The notes: generated by a model not told the origin, from the letters alone. A DNA stretch of 64,000 nt from Nitrososphaerales archaeon (GCA_965197925.1 CBDAOC010000020.1:960001-1024000), one strand, 5' to 3'. Counted from the stretch's first letter, positions 45,565 through 57,134 are shown. A program made the numbers and translations.

Positions 45565-46251
45565 TTAGAAATCTTCACCCTTTCTTTTTCTGGTTAGAGA
45601 AAATATTGCTACAATCACACCTGCAGCTCCAAGTCCAATACCCATCATGCCAAAGTTGTAAGCCCTTTCGGCATCTTTGCGTAGACCTGATGATAGTTCT
45701 AGAGCTTCAGAAGCACTGTCTTCAGCATTACTGATCCTTCCCGATACTTGATCCACGGTTACCTGCAATTGATTCACTGAAGACTGTATTTGTGATGCAA
45801 GGTTTTTCAACTCGGTAGAGTCTGCTGAGGTATCTGGAAATGCCAATTTCTGTTTACCCTCTGTATCTTCTATCGGGATGTCAGCTTCAACATTATTTCC
45901 ATCAACCATGCCCTTGATCGAGACCACATAACTTCCAGGCCTGGTTGGGATGATGGGAGACAAGTAAGTACCTAATTCTTCCCCCGGGTCTATATCAATA
46001 GTCCTTACAACACCACCATACTTTACCTCTATTGTGATGCTTCTGGGGTCTATAACTAAAGGATTAGAATCCTTTGAAAACCCTAAAAATATGGAATTTA
46101 GTTCTCCAACAAGAGGAGGTTCATTTTCCCATCCAACTTCTATAACGGCTTCTCCTACATGAATATCAGTATGAGCATATACTTGATGGACAAGAGAGAA
46201 AGAAAGCAAAGATACCACTAGTACAACTGTCGAACATTCTAATCTATTCAC
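45565..46251 (-). CDS. Secreted, C-terminally anchored protein with predicted N-terminal His
   Basis: VYA|HTDIHVG...VGWENEPP; coiled stalk; C-terminal TM. Confidence 0.75.
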   Translation of the reverse strand: MNRLECSTVVLVVSLLSFSLVHQVYAHTDIHVGEAVIEVGWENEPPLVGELNSIFLGFSKDSNPLVIDPRSITIEVKYGGVVRTIDIDPGEELGTYLSPIIPTRPGSYVVSIKGMVDGNNVEADIPIEDTEGKQKLAFPDTSADSTELKNLASQIQSSVNQLQVTVDQVSGRISNAEDSASEALELSSGLRKDAERAYNFGMMGIGLGAAGVIVAIFSLTRKRKGEDF

Positions 46252-46367
46252 ACAAAGAGTGGCTAGTTATCCAAATATTACCTTTGTGGAAAAACATGGA
46301 TTATAAATTATAGAATTCCTTACAACTGCACAAGACACAAATAGCAATCCGGGCATTTTTAGTTTTA

Positions 46368-49226
46368 TTGAATAATCATTTTTTAAAAGTGTGTCATGTA
46401 GGCGCTATAAGTTTCGTTCTCTTGATCACACAATTTTCGGTATTACCTGCCTTTGCTCATCCATTCACCGTTGATACGGAACCGGTGGGACTTGAGCAGT
46501 TACAACAGTCACCTGATAAAGTAGTGATAACATACAGCGAACCTGTTGAAGAAGGGTTCAGTACAATAAAAGTAACTGATTCTTCAGGTAATAGAGTAGA
46601 TAATGACGACGCAGGATTCTATCAGGATGATCAGTCGATGCTCATTGTTACTTTACAACCACTACAAGACGATGTATACGCTGTTACATCGAAAGTCTTG
46701 TCACAGGTGGATGGGCATGTGGTAGAATTCACTTATGCCTTCATTGTAGGTATTCCAGGCGTACCCATCCCTGCTGATACTGGTGTTCAAACTACTACGC
46801 CCGCGATTTTCTTGCCAGAATCATTATCCAGATTTCCTGGACTTGTTGGTCAGGTGATTATTGTTGGTATCAGCTTTGCAACACTATTCCTTTGGAGACC
46901 TATAGATAAGGTAGGCAACATTGACTCTGCTATCTCACAGATTAGATCCTCAATTGACCGACGATTTAAGAAACTGTTGATTATTGGTGTGATACTTGTA
47001 TTGGCTTCAGGTTTTGCAATGATCTTTGTACAGGCAGCATCATTAGGAGCTGGTATTGAAACTGCACTTGCAACAAATTTCGGTAGTACTTGGCTTGTAA
47101 GAATGTTGATAGCGTTAATAATCCTAGGGTTATACTTTGCTCTAAGAACTAAGAATCCTCTGAAGAAAATTCATCATGTATCTATTCTTGCAGTTGGAAT
47201 AGTATTGCTCGCAACAACTACCATGATGGGTCATGGTTATGCAACTACAATACCAATTGCCGGAGTACTGGACTTTGTACATAATTTGGTGGCATCGGCA
47301 TGGATTGGAGGTCTCATCTACCTTGGATTTGTTGCAATACCTTCTATTAGGAAAATAGGATTGAATTTCAAATCTGCTATTATCGCATTGCTAATCCCAA
47401 GGTTCTCAATGATGACCGTGGTTATTCTTGGGGTAGTAGGGATAACAGGACCGCTCTTACTATGGATGCTTGAAAGCAATGTCAATAGTCTCCTATTGAC
47501 ATCTTACGGGAAGATTCTGATAACCAAAATTTCGCTTGCTGGGTTTATGATTGGGGTAGGAGCATTCAATCAATTCATTATTCACAGTAAGTCAGTTACT
47601 ATCATTAAGTCAGGTGAAGGTAGTAAACGAACGGGTGTGTATAGGAGGTTCAACAAAAGTCTCAAGGTAGAGTCAGCAATAGGTATTGCGCTTTTGTTAA
47701 GCGTCGCTCTCTTGACGAATACATCCCTTCCAGGGGGTGAGTTGCCTGTTGAGACATTATCTGCAAAACAGATTGATGATACTCAAATAGTCGATGGGAG
47801 TTCGCAGAGGAAGTTAATGCAGACATTATTTGTTGATGAATCTATAGTAAATATTTCAATCAAGCCTGCAAGGATTGGAATGAATGAGGTGACGGTAACC
47901 ATAACGGATAGTACGGGTAAGGCGTTGGACGACATTGAGAAAGTCCAGATAAAATTAACACAAGTAAAGGAAGGCATAGGCCCACTAATTTCTGGATTAA
48001 CGAAAGTTAAAGATACAAATTTTGATGGTAATACTACTTTAACTGCAAATGGTCGTTGGAATATAGAAGTTCTGGCCCAGAGACAGACAGCTTTGAGTAT
48101 TGTTGCATTATTTGATGTGGTGATAAAGCCTGAACTTAGTGAACTACAGTTCAAGGTAGAAGAATATGCAATGCCAGAAGGTGACTCACTCCCCCTTTAC
48201 CCACTTTACAGCGACGGCATTCTGTGGGTAAGTGATACAGTCAAACCAAGGATATGGAGTTTCAATATCGAGAATAAACAATTCAACAAGTATGATCTGG
48301 GTGGAAATCTTACCACTTTGCTTGACCTGGATTCAAAGGGAAATGTATGGTTCCTTGATCCAGTAAGCAGGGAATTTGGTTATCTAACACCCGATGATGG
48401 AATATTCAAGACCTACGGTACACCTTCCTCAGGACTTCCTGTCTCGCTTGATATAGATTTTAACGATAATGTATGGATAGCCTTGCTGGACACAAATAAG
48501 ATTATGAAGTTCAGCTTATCCAACGAGAAATTTGAAATCTTTGTGCTCCCAACGGAAGAATCACAGCCTTCCGCTGTAAAGGTTGACGATTTTGGTACAG
48601 TTTGGTTTGTTGAGGCGGCAGCTGGAAAGATAGGGAGAATGGATCCTGATACGGGAAACATTGAAGAATTCATTCCTCCAACTGGACCACTGGCAGAACC
48701 CTTTGCCTTGTTGATAGATGAAGATGGAAACATCTGGATTGCAGAGCACATTGGCCCTAAGGTAACACGTTTTGATCCAACTCTGCAGACTTTTACCGGT
48801 TTTCTAGCATTGGATCAGGATTCCTTGCCATATGGGATGACGCTGGACAAATTAGGTAACATTTGGTTCGCACAACATGTAGTTGACAACCTTGGTGTGT
48901 TGAATCCACAAAGCAATAACATGGTTGATGTTCAGGTACCAACTCCGACATCCTTTACCCAGTGGTTGACTATAGATGATACAGGAAAGATATGGTTTGC
49001 CGAGCAACGAGGTTCGAAGATAGGCAGTGTAACGATTACACAGAAACTTATAAGCCCCATGATTCAAGCCAAACCCGAAGCGGTACCAAAACTACTCGAG
49101 ATAAATTATGTTGATCTAGTTGCCCCTGGCATGTCTGTAGGAATAATCGTATCTTCTTTATTTTACGTTAAGAGCGTACATGATCTGAGAAGGAGTATTA
49201 AACTCGTGAAGGCAACAGTTCGATAG
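46368..49226 (+). CDS. CopC-CopD fusion with C-terminal Vgb/NHL-like beta-propeller
   Basis: AFA|HPF...VLSQVDGHVV (CopC); 8 TMs with GH, VHNL...WIGG, SYGKIL (CopD); repeated D..GN[VI]W blades. Confidence 0.88.
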   Translation: MNNHFLKVCHVGAISFVLLITQFSVLPAFAHPFTVDTEPVGLEQLQQSPDKVVITYSEPVEEGFSTIKVTDSSGNRVDNDDAGFYQDDQSMLIVTLQPLQDDVYAVTSKVLSQVDGHVVEFTYAFIVGIPGVPIPADTGVQTTTPAIFLPESLSRFPGLVGQVIIVGISFATLFLWRPIDKVGNIDSAISQIRSSIDRRFKKLLIIGVILVLASGFAMIFVQAASLGAGIETALATNFGSTWLVRMLIALIILGLYFALRTKNPLKKIHHVSILAVGIVLLATTTMMGHGYATTIPIAGVLDFVHNLVASAWIGGLIYLGFVAIPSIRKIGLNFKSAIIALLIPRFSMMTVVILGVVGITGPLLLWMLESNVNSLLLTSYGKILITKISLAGFMIGVGAFNQFIIHSKSVTIIKSGEGSKRTGVYRRFNKSLKVESAIGIALLLSVALLTNTSLPGGELPVETLSAKQIDDTQIVDGSSQRKLMQTLFVDESIVNISIKPARIGMNEVTVTITDSTGKALDDIEKVQIKLTQVKEGIGPLISGLTKVKDTNFDGNTTLTANGRWNIEVLAQRQTALSIVALFDVVIKPELSELQFKVEEYAMPEGDSLPLYPLYSDGILWVSDTVKPRIWSFNIENKQFNKYDLGGNLTTLLDLDSKGNVWFLDPVSREFGYLTPDDGIFKTYGTPSSGLPVSLDIDFNDNVWIALLDTNKIMKFSLSNEKFEIFVLPTEESQPSAVKVDDFGTVWFVEAAAGKIGRMDPDTGNIEEFIPPTGPLAEPFALLIDEDGNIWIAEHIGPKVTRFDPTLQTFTGFLALDQDSLPYGMTLDKLGNIWFAQHVVDNLGVLNPQSNNMVDVQVPTPTSFTQWLTIDDTGKIWFAEQRGSKIGSVTITQKLISPMIQAKPEAVPKLLEINYVDLVAPGMSVGIIVSSLFYVKSVHDLRRSIKLVKATVR

Positions 49227-49450
49227 TTGTTCTAGAATATACGAAAACGTAAACTAACCAATTTAAAATTTTGACAAATCTGCCGGCTATTATATAATAC
49301 CAAAAAAATTGTTTATGGTTGAATGAATTGGTAACGGCGAGGTTAGGTCACAACGATGTATGGTACTGCATCCTGTTGTGATACTGATATGAGCGTAAAG
49401 GAACTTGAAGGATATATATTCTGTGGGAATTATGCTCAATCCTTAGCCAT

Positions 49451-49795
49451 CTAAAATTCTCGCTCCTCATATTCCTTAGAACGTTTAATGTCATGATCTA
49501 ATGATCTTATGTAATAATCCAGCCATGATAAAACATTTACGTCGGTTTCTTTTTTCCTTAATTCTTCAAATCGTTTTTTCTTTTTTTCATAGTGTACTGT
49601 TTCAGAACCTGTCCAACCCTCAATATTAAAACTCATGCACGAGTATCTTTTTACCTCTTCTTGATCTCCGTATTTTACCAGAAATTCTCTAATTTCTTCA
49701 AATTTTGGTGGAAGAAAACTTGCAACGTAGCCAAGCCTCGATTTTTCGTCTTCATTTATCCATGCGATAATGTCAGACATGGGAATTATAGTCAT
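49451..49795 (-). pseudogene. Probable C-terminal remnant of a larger protein
   Basis: GWTGSE...DVNVLSWLDYYIRSL...EEREF* resembles, from memory, C-termini of large ATP-binding (STAND-like) proteins. No upstream body is present. Confidence 0.4.
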
Positions 49796-50407
49796 TATTC
49801 CATTCCTTAGCCATTCTCGTATGCCGTGCGCTCTTGAATCTATGGGATCATTCAGAACCAGATTTCAGACATAGGTAAAATCAGACCGAAAATAAGAGAA
49901 ATGAACCTAAATGCAAATCGCAAGAGATTCTGGTTAGGAAGTTTAAAATCAATAGATTCTACAGTATCCAATGATTCTATGCCTTTATCGATGAATTACT
50001 TTAAGAAAGAAGAGATTTAGCTAGATTGTATGGATTTCAATGAATCTGCTCCAAATATACCTGAAGAAAACTAGTTCTTGAGGATGTAGCCACAGCTGTG
50101 CTAAACCTTATTTTGCTTTCGGAATCGTAAATTCCCTCTTAGGGATGCTCATTGTGTAAAATGTGGAGCAATAGGACAGAGGAAGAACTATCAGGACAGC
50201 ACAAACTTAAGGTTCATGAAGGCAATTGAAGGAGATGAAGTTATACGTTTCGACAACACATAGGTGCAGTATGTCTCATGCTAACATTCATGTAGGAACC
50301 TACCCTTAGCAAGTTTTAACAGGACGCAGGCTTGTGCCTACGTTTTCGGTCTAAATACAACTGAAATTTTATCTGTAAGTTCAAGTATAGTTAACATACC
50401 ACTAATA

Positions 50408-53400
50408 GTGATAGAGATGAATCAGCCTAACACAAAAGATGAAATGCTCGAACTTATTAAGAATGAATCAATTAAAAAAAATTATAACTTTGAGACTCTA
50501 CCTGGTTATCTCTTTAAAATAGTATCCAATAGCCTAGAGATCAGGGGTAGTATTCATGAAACGGGTAAGGAGGATGTCAAGGTTAAGGACAAGTGTTGGA
50601 TAGGAATTTGGAATCCTATATGGGAGTTCTTTGATGAACTCGGAGACAGATCAAAATGCTTTATCATTGAAATAGATCATCTACAAAACAACCATGTGGT
50701 CATTCCAGTGGACAGAATACCAGAATCTGCTCTTCAACCAGTCGGCAGTGGTCGTGGTTTGTCATTTATTCTAAAAAGAAAGAATGGTTCTTATCAAATA
50801 AATCGGAATGAATCTTTTTCCCTAACAGAATATACTAATAACCTTGAGAAAATGTATGAAGCGCTCTTGCAGGAATCAGTATCTGCTACTGACTCGCTTT
50901 GCAATGAGATCGTTAAGTTAGCGGATCCACAGAAATATTTGGATTCATTAAATAGAGATACTATTACCAGGTGGACAGAAGCACTAAAACCACTCAATGC
51001 TAAATCGTCAGATGCTTCGTATTACGAGTGGATATCTAAATTGGATTTAAATACACTTACCGAAATTTACGAATTCATTATCCATAAAGAGCAGACTATA
51101 GAAAACGAAATTGATATATCTGCCATACCCCGTGTTGATAACCTGTCGGGCGCTGCTGTTGTAGTCATGTGCGGTCTTCGTTTCTTACAGAGACAGGTTT
51201 TAGGTAAAGCCAACATGAATGCTCATAAATATACAGTATTAAAGTATCAACTTCAAAAGGCGTTAGAAGAGCAATCCAATTACTGGGTATTCGTCGTTAC
51301 TGATCATCCTAAAGAGAACCTAACTACGCAACAAATCTACGAAACGAGAATGAAGGATAAGTTCTGGGGCTTAAACGAAAGAACCCCGTTTCGTAATGTA
51401 CTTCGCAAGGGAGACAGAGTCATTTTTTCCTACGGTGCAAAGCAGTTTCTAGGTATTGCAGCATTGGCCTCTAGTTCGTTTGAATTGTCAAATGAGCAAA
51501 AGACCACTTTGTCACATGATAATGAATACTTTAAGCCGGATTATGGTGTGACGTTGACGGATATAATCACGTGGCAAACACCAAAGCCGATAGAATCAAT
51601 TATTGATATGCTGTCGTTCATAAAAAACAAAGATCAATACCATGCCTATTTCCAAGGTGGTATCAAAAGAATATCAAAAGAGGATTACGAAATCATTACC
51701 GGAGATTCCCTTGTACCCAAAGAAGAGATGAAAGAGGAAAGCAACTGGATTAAGGACCTTACACAAGCATTTATTGAACTTGGTGGACCAGGTAATTTCT
51801 ATCGTCTAAGTCAAATATACGAAACTATTGTGAAAATCAGAGAGCAACGGAGTGAGGGTCTGCCTAAGAATTATGAAGCCATGATCAGGTTCTATCTGGA
51901 AACGAATTCCCGTGGTACAGGTAGAGATTTGTTTGCACTGAAGGAAAAAGGATCTGGATATTGGATGTTAAAATCTAGCCCATCTACGCAAGAAAGGGGG
52001 ATTTGGAAAGTCACACCAGGGAAAACTGCACAATATTGGAATGAATTCCTATCAGCGGGAGTTATAGCAATAGGTTGGAATGAGTTACCTGATTTGTCTA
52101 ACGTAGAAAACAAAGAGGAACTCAAAAAATTATTCAGAGAAACATATCCAAATAGAAGTGATGATGAAGTGAATCATCAGACCGCGGAGATTTGGAATTT
52201 CGTCAAGGAAATTAAGGAAGATGATATAATTGTAGCAAACAAAGGAATAACCAAAATAGTTGGAATTGGAAAAGTGATAGGCAATTATTATCATGAACCT
52301 GACTTTGTTTATCACCACACAATTCCCGTAGATTGGTATGATACGAAAGAGAAGGACATACCACCACAAGCTTGGCAAAGGACTGTTATGAAATTAGAAG
52401 AGGATAAGATAAAAGAACTTGGCATTATCACAGAAGTAACAGTAGAAGAAATATACCTGAGAAAACCGCAGAATCTAGCAATAAGAATTCAGAATGTTAT
52501 GGAAAAACTAGCGGTATCAAGAGAGACACTTGAAGATATAGTGACTAACTTACTTGCTGGAAATCATGTGATTTTAATTGGTGCACCAGGAACGGGAAAG
52601 ACAGAATTGGCTAAATTACTTCCGAAATTATTCTTTGATAATAGTGATTCTCTTGATTCCGAAACAAATTACTGTGATATTGTTACGGCCAATGCTGACT
52701 GGACTACCTACGATGTTATTGGTGGACTAAAAAAAGTTGGTAATGATTTGAAGACCTACAAGGGATGCGTAGTAAAAGCAGTAGAGAAATGTTCACGCAC
52801 AAAGAGTCACTGGTTAATAATAGACGAGTTCAACAGAGCCGATATAGATAAGGCCTTTGGTGCTATGTTTACAGCAATGAATCATGGTTTTATTAATCAT
52901 CCATGGCTTAATCCTGATAAAGAAATGGAGGAAGGTGATGTATTAGTACCTGCAAATTTCCGCATTATCACCACGATGAACACCTTCGACAAAAATTATC
53001 TGTACACAATGTCTTATGGCCTGAGTCGCAGATTTGCGCATATAGACGTTCCTGTACCCCCAAGAGATCAAGAGAAAAAAATCTTAGATCGAGAGGTAAC
53101 TGAAAGGTTAAAAGGTTTTACTAGAGAGGAAGTAGAGAATATTCTTAGGTCAAAATTTTTCGTTAATGCAAAGGAGGAGTTGCTTAAAGTTGTCTATGAG
53201 ATTAGAAGCGAGTGTGGTTTACAAGTTGGAACCGCGCAGGTAATTTCAACACTTACTAGTATAGCAACATACTTGTTGCTGGGGAATGAGAATCAAACCG
53301 TAGACAGAGCGTTTCTTTCTAATGTAGTTGCTATTTTTGAAGGTCAACCCGATGACATGCTTGAAAAGATCATAGGTGCAGTGCCGTGGCGAGAGAGTAA

Positions 53401-53443
53401 GAAAAAGACAAAAGAACTCAAAGAGACAAGTCTTAAGGTGTGA
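50408..53443 (+). CDS. mcrB: McrB-like AAA+ GTPase with multiple N-terminal DNA-reader domains
   Basis: GAPGTGKT, LIIDEFNRAD, TMNTFD (NxxD), LSRRF; EVE/PUA-like and winged-HTH-like segments upstream. Confidence 0.85.
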   Translation: MIEMNQPNTKDEMLELIKNESIKKNYNFETLPGYLFKIVSNSLEIRGSIHETGKEDVKVKDKCWIGIWNPIWEFFDELGDRSKCFIIEIDHLQNNHVVIPVDRIPESALQPVGSGRGLSFILKRKNGSYQINRNESFSLTEYTNNLEKMYEALLQESVSATDSLCNEIVKLADPQKYLDSLNRDTITRWTEALKPLNAKSSDASYYEWISKLDLNTLTEIYEFIIHKEQTIENEIDISAIPRVDNLSGAAVVVMCGLRFLQRQVLGKANMNAHKYTVLKYQLQKALEEQSNYWVFVVTDHPKENLTTQQIYETRMKDKFWGLNERTPFRNVLRKGDRVIFSYGAKQFLGIAALASSSFELSNEQKTTLSHDNEYFKPDYGVTLTDIITWQTPKPIESIIDMLSFIKNKDQYHAYFQGGIKRISKEDYEIITGDSLVPKEEMKEESNWIKDLTQAFIELGGPGNFYRLSQIYETIVKIREQRSEGLPKNYEAMIRFYLETNSRGTGRDLFALKEKGSGYWMLKSSPSTQERGIWKVTPGKTAQYWNEFLSAGVIAIGWNELPDLSNVENKEELKKLFRETYPNRSDDEVNHQTAEIWNFVKEIKEDDIIVANKGITKIVGIGKVIGNYYHEPDFVYHHTIPVDWYDTKEKDIPPQAWQRTVMKLEEDKIKELGIITEVTVEEIYLRKPQNLAIRIQNVMEKLAVSRETLEDIVTNLLAGNHVILIGAPGTGKTELAKLLPKLFFDNSDSLDSETNYCDIVTANADWTTYDVIGGLKKVGNDLKTYKGCVVKAVEKCSRTKSHWLIIDEFNRADIDKAFGAMFTAMNHGFINHPWLNPDKEMEEGDVLVPANFRIITTMNTFDKNYLYTMSYGLSRRFAHIDVPVPPRDQEKKILDREVTERLKGFTREEVENILRSKFFVNAKEELLKVVYEIRSECGLQVGTAQVISTLTSIATYLLLGNENQTVDRAFLSNVVAIFEGQPDDMLEKIIGAVPWRESKKKTKELKETSLKV

Positions 53444-53447
53444 TAGT

Positions 53448-54803
53448 ATGAGTGAAGTGAAACCCCCTTTTACTCCCGAACAAAAAGACTATATGGTCAA
53501 TAGATCCATTAATCTTCTTCTCTCTGACTTTGAAAAACCTGAAGCAACCCCTGAAATCGGCTATACTCTTGCCTCCGATCCCGACAAGATAAAAACTGTT
53601 TTCAGTATGATGTTTCTACGGCAGTTTCTTTTTCTAACTAGAGAACTTTTGAATTCTGTAATCCCTCTGATATTAAGACGATTGGTTAGCCTGTCACAAC
53701 GAGTCGAACATGAGTATGAAGGGTTCATAAAGGGAAATGTGAACTGGCATAAAACGATTCTGGCACAGTTAGAAAAAGAGGGCGTGTTTGTTGTAAGGAA
53801 ACCTACAAGAGAATTTTTGACTCCAGAGAATACACTACTAGCCTTGACACTTCGAGAAGTAAATATTCATACAGGAGATCTGATCAGTTTCTTTAAACCA
53901 AACTTGATAGTCGAAAGAGAAAAACTTAGGAAGATAAAGTTAGTCTCACAAAAATATTACCAAAATATCTATTTGCAGTCTTGTGTTGAAAGAGCGACCA
54001 AATTTCTTAATCTAGAAAGGAACTTTCTACGAAACAAACTTGCAAAGAATATGTCGAGTCACACTGAAAGATATCAGATGTTCTGTGATTACGCAGAGAA
54101 AGCAATCGTAAGACGCAGGATTGTCAATAAGAGTTACTTAGACTTGCTTGTATGGAGAAGGGCCTATGCTGATTTGGTAAATGGATTTGCATCACTGAGT
54201 AAGAAAGAGTTCTTGCAAAGAAAATGGGAAGACGACAGACTTTATGAAATATGGGCTTTCTGTGAAATACTTGCTAGTGCGAAACGTTGGAAAGTTAACG
54301 TCAAACCCTTCAGCGCTCTGTACCAGAGTCGAGGCAGACCTCTTTATTACCTGGGAACACTGGAAACAAATCCTGTATATTATAACACATCGCTTGAAAT
54401 AGAAAGTAGTAAAGAAATTATTCCTGAACTGGAACTCCAACTACAACGACTTTTCGTACGAGGCAGCAGGCCAGATATGATCGTTGCTAATACGGTTTCG
54501 CCATATTCCTCTATAATTATCGACATGAAGAATTACCTTGACACTAAAGGAGATGCATATGTTAAAGTCCTTGGCTATATGAAGAACTATAACGTGCAGA
54601 ATGGTGCAGTGGTTTATCCGGTCGATATTAAACATAAAGATTTGGTCAATCCTGTTGAAGAGTTGCCTAACTTTGTTCGTACCGAGGTTTTAAATGGGAA
54701 TTTTATAGCATTAACATTGAAACCTGGAAGAGATTTCGAGAATATGAACAGTATTGGTCTCAAAAAGTTTACAGAATTTCTTGCTGATAAAGTGTTGAAC
54801 TAG
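53448..54803 (+). CDS. mcrC: McrC-like PD-(D/E)xK nuclease
   Basis: IKGNVNW, TPEN, LYEIW, RPDMIV...IDMKNY; starts 4 bp after mcrB. Confidence 0.8.
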   Translation: MSEVKPPFTPEQKDYMVNRSINLLLSDFEKPEATPEIGYTLASDPDKIKTVFSMMFLRQFLFLTRELLNSVIPLILRRLVSLSQRVEHEYEGFIKGNVNWHKTILAQLEKEGVFVVRKPTREFLTPENTLLALTLREVNIHTGDLISFFKPNLIVEREKLRKIKLVSQKYYQNIYLQSCVERATKFLNLERNFLRNKLAKNMSSHTERYQMFCDYAEKAIVRRRIVNKSYLDLLVWRRAYADLVNGFASLSKKEFLQRKWEDDRLYEIWAFCEILASAKRWKVNVKPFSALYQSRGRPLYYLGTLETNPVYYNTSLEIESSKEIIPELELQLQRLFVRGSRPDMIVANTVSPYSSIIIDMKNYLDTKGDAYVKVLGYMKNYNVQNGAVVYPVDIKHKDLVNPVEELPNFVRTEVLNGNFIALTLKPGRDFENMNSIGLKKFTEFLADKVLN

Positions 54804-55141
54804 GTTTCTATTTAAGGAGGCCTAGCGTTGGACTGAGGAACTTGACTAGAAAAGCCAAGAATTGTTTGTTTCTTGGTTCAGCGAATTTTGTAGATTCCTT
54901 CTGTTCCAGGGTGAACTCTGCTTATGAAGCATCAAATAGTGAAACAGTTTCTTTTCCCTACACAATACTCAGCCAAGTTCTGTATGTTGATCTTAGCAAT
55001 TGTAATCTCTTCCATTCTTTGATACCAATCTAACTTTATAATCTGTGACAGAGAGTGATTTGTAATATTTTATGAAAAAATGGTAGAACGATTTCCCACA
55101 ACTTTATTATCAAATAAGGAATTTTCCATATAATCTAATGC

Positions 55142-55750
55142 TTACTTAATTTTGCCTAGCTTATTAAGAGCTATATCTTTGTTATTCAATGCTTTAGCAT
55201 CATCAGGATCTATAGCCAGAGCTTTATCAAAATACGTAATAGATTCCTCATAACTGCCTAATTGACCAAGAGATGTTCCCTTGTTATACAATGTATAAGC
55301 ATCGTTAGGATCTATATCCAGAGCTTTATCAAAATACGTAATAGCATCCTGAGATCTACCTAAACTATCAAGAGCTATACCTTTGTTATTCAATGCTTTA
55401 GCATCGTTAAGATCTTGTTCAAGAATGCGATCGTATCGTTCTATAGCTTTATCATATTTCTTAGCATAATAGTAAGAGTTCGCTTCCTTTAGAAGATAAT
55501 CTATATCAATAGGCAACTTTTGATTCAATTTCTCAAGTTCTGTTCTCAACCTCTGAATTTCTTTATCACGTTTCTCAAGTTCACTCAGAAATTCCTCAGA
55601 AACGTCTACTTGTTTGTCCGGAGTTATCTGGTTTTCAATTCCTTTTGCCGTCATCATGATTTTTTGATTTTCTATCACTTTGTATATCATCTGTTCTATT
55701 GTGTTAACATGGTTGTCAACACTACTAACACCTTGAGCAACTTCCGTCAC
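55142..55750 (-). CDS. TPR-repeat protein, probably N-terminally truncated
   Basis: ALNNKGIAL...AITYFDKAL repeats at a 102-bp period; the frame stays open upstream with no start codon. Confidence 0.8.
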   Translation of the reverse strand: MTEVAQGVSSVDNHVNTIEQMIYKVIENQKIMMTAKGIENQITPDKQVDVSEEFLSELEKRDKEIQRLRTELEKLNQKLPIDIDYLLKEANSYYYAKKYDKAIERYDRILEQDLNDAKALNNKGIALDSLGRSQDAITYFDKALDIDPNDAYTLYNKGTSLGQLGSYEESITYFDKALAIDPDDAKALNNKDIALNKLGKIK

Positions 55751-56171
55751 ACCTTTTCTAATATCCTTCCTTTCCTCCTTAGCTAACTGTAATTCATCGA
55801 GTATTCTAGAACTGAAAGTAACAATTCAGTTTTGGTAAAGAATGTGTGTAAGAACTGTAGTACCGAGAACGCAATTTACTGGCAAAAAACAAACGCTTAA
55901 TCTACAAGATGAAGAGTTCTAGTTTGTGATGTTTACTAGTAAGCCAATTTACCAATGAAGCATATACTGCATTTTGGACTAGAACTATGCAAGCGTGGTC
56001 TTAAATACTCACGCACAAAATTTGATTAACAATTATTTTATGCGAGTTTCACAATTAATTTGAACATGGCAAAATTATCTGAAGACATCATTCTATGCAT
56101 ATTGTAAGCAATTACCCTAATGTTAATTCCCTGCTCTGCATCTTAACAAGTCTTGATGTTACATGCTCTCG

Positions 56172-57118
56172 GCTCTGTAGAAACCATGGATTTTAGCCCA
56201 TTGTATATCGAATTGCACCATTGGATCAATGTGTTACGTGCCATGCATCCTATGCATGAAAGAGTCTAGATATGTCAAACTTGCCAAAACTATGTTGAAT
56301 GTGGTAATGAAGGCCAGAATTCCTCCATACATGCACAGGAAGGGCAACCACATCCATACGGTCTGGCAGCATACCATCCTGCTGGCATTCAGGCAGCATG
56401 AAGGGAAGAGCTGCAGAAGGTTTGTGGAATGGTTGCATGAAGCATGTCATCCCGGAATGTTTATGCAGCTAGGCAGGGTGCCACATTATACAACGCTCCA
56501 GAAGTTTGCCTCAGGAATCAATGGCACCCTGCTGTACAGAATGGCATCCTCATTCATACTTCTCACCAAGATTAGAAAATTGTTGGTAGGAATAGACGCT
56601 TCCGGATTCAGATCCAGCAATGCATCATCATACTATACGGATAGAACAGGGATAAGGAAGAAGTACATCAAGCTATCGATAGGTGCTGAATTAAGAGAGC
56701 AATAGCTGTATTGAAGATAAAAAGCACCTAAACACGATACCATAAATTTAAACACATTATGGAAAGAGCATCAAACATAATGCCACTCTAAAGTTGTAGC
56801 AGACAAGGGTTATGATAGCGAAGCAAATCATGAATTTGTACGAGAACTTGATGCTGTCAGTATAATACCAGCTAGATATGAAGATGTTCCAATATGGAGA
56901 ACGCATGGAAGATATAGGAAGCAAATGAAGAGGAAGTTCTATACACATCTATACTATCAAAGAAACAAGAATGAGACTGTCTGTGGTAAAGAGGATGTTT
57001 GGTGACCATATAGCATCAAGAATGGTGAAGATGCAGAACAGGGAATTAACATTTAGGGTAATTGCTTACAATATGCACAGAATGACTGACCGTCTATATA
57101 GTATGGTTTCTACAGAGC
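56172..57118 (+). mobile_element. IS5-family archaeal insertion sequence, degenerate
   Basis: TIRs GCTCTGTAGAAACCAT / ATGGTTTCTACAGAGC; PHYTTLQKF, GIDASGF, VADKGYDSE, YYQRNKNET; frameshifted. Confidence 0.88.
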
Positions 57119-57134
57119 TGATATTTCCTTGCAT

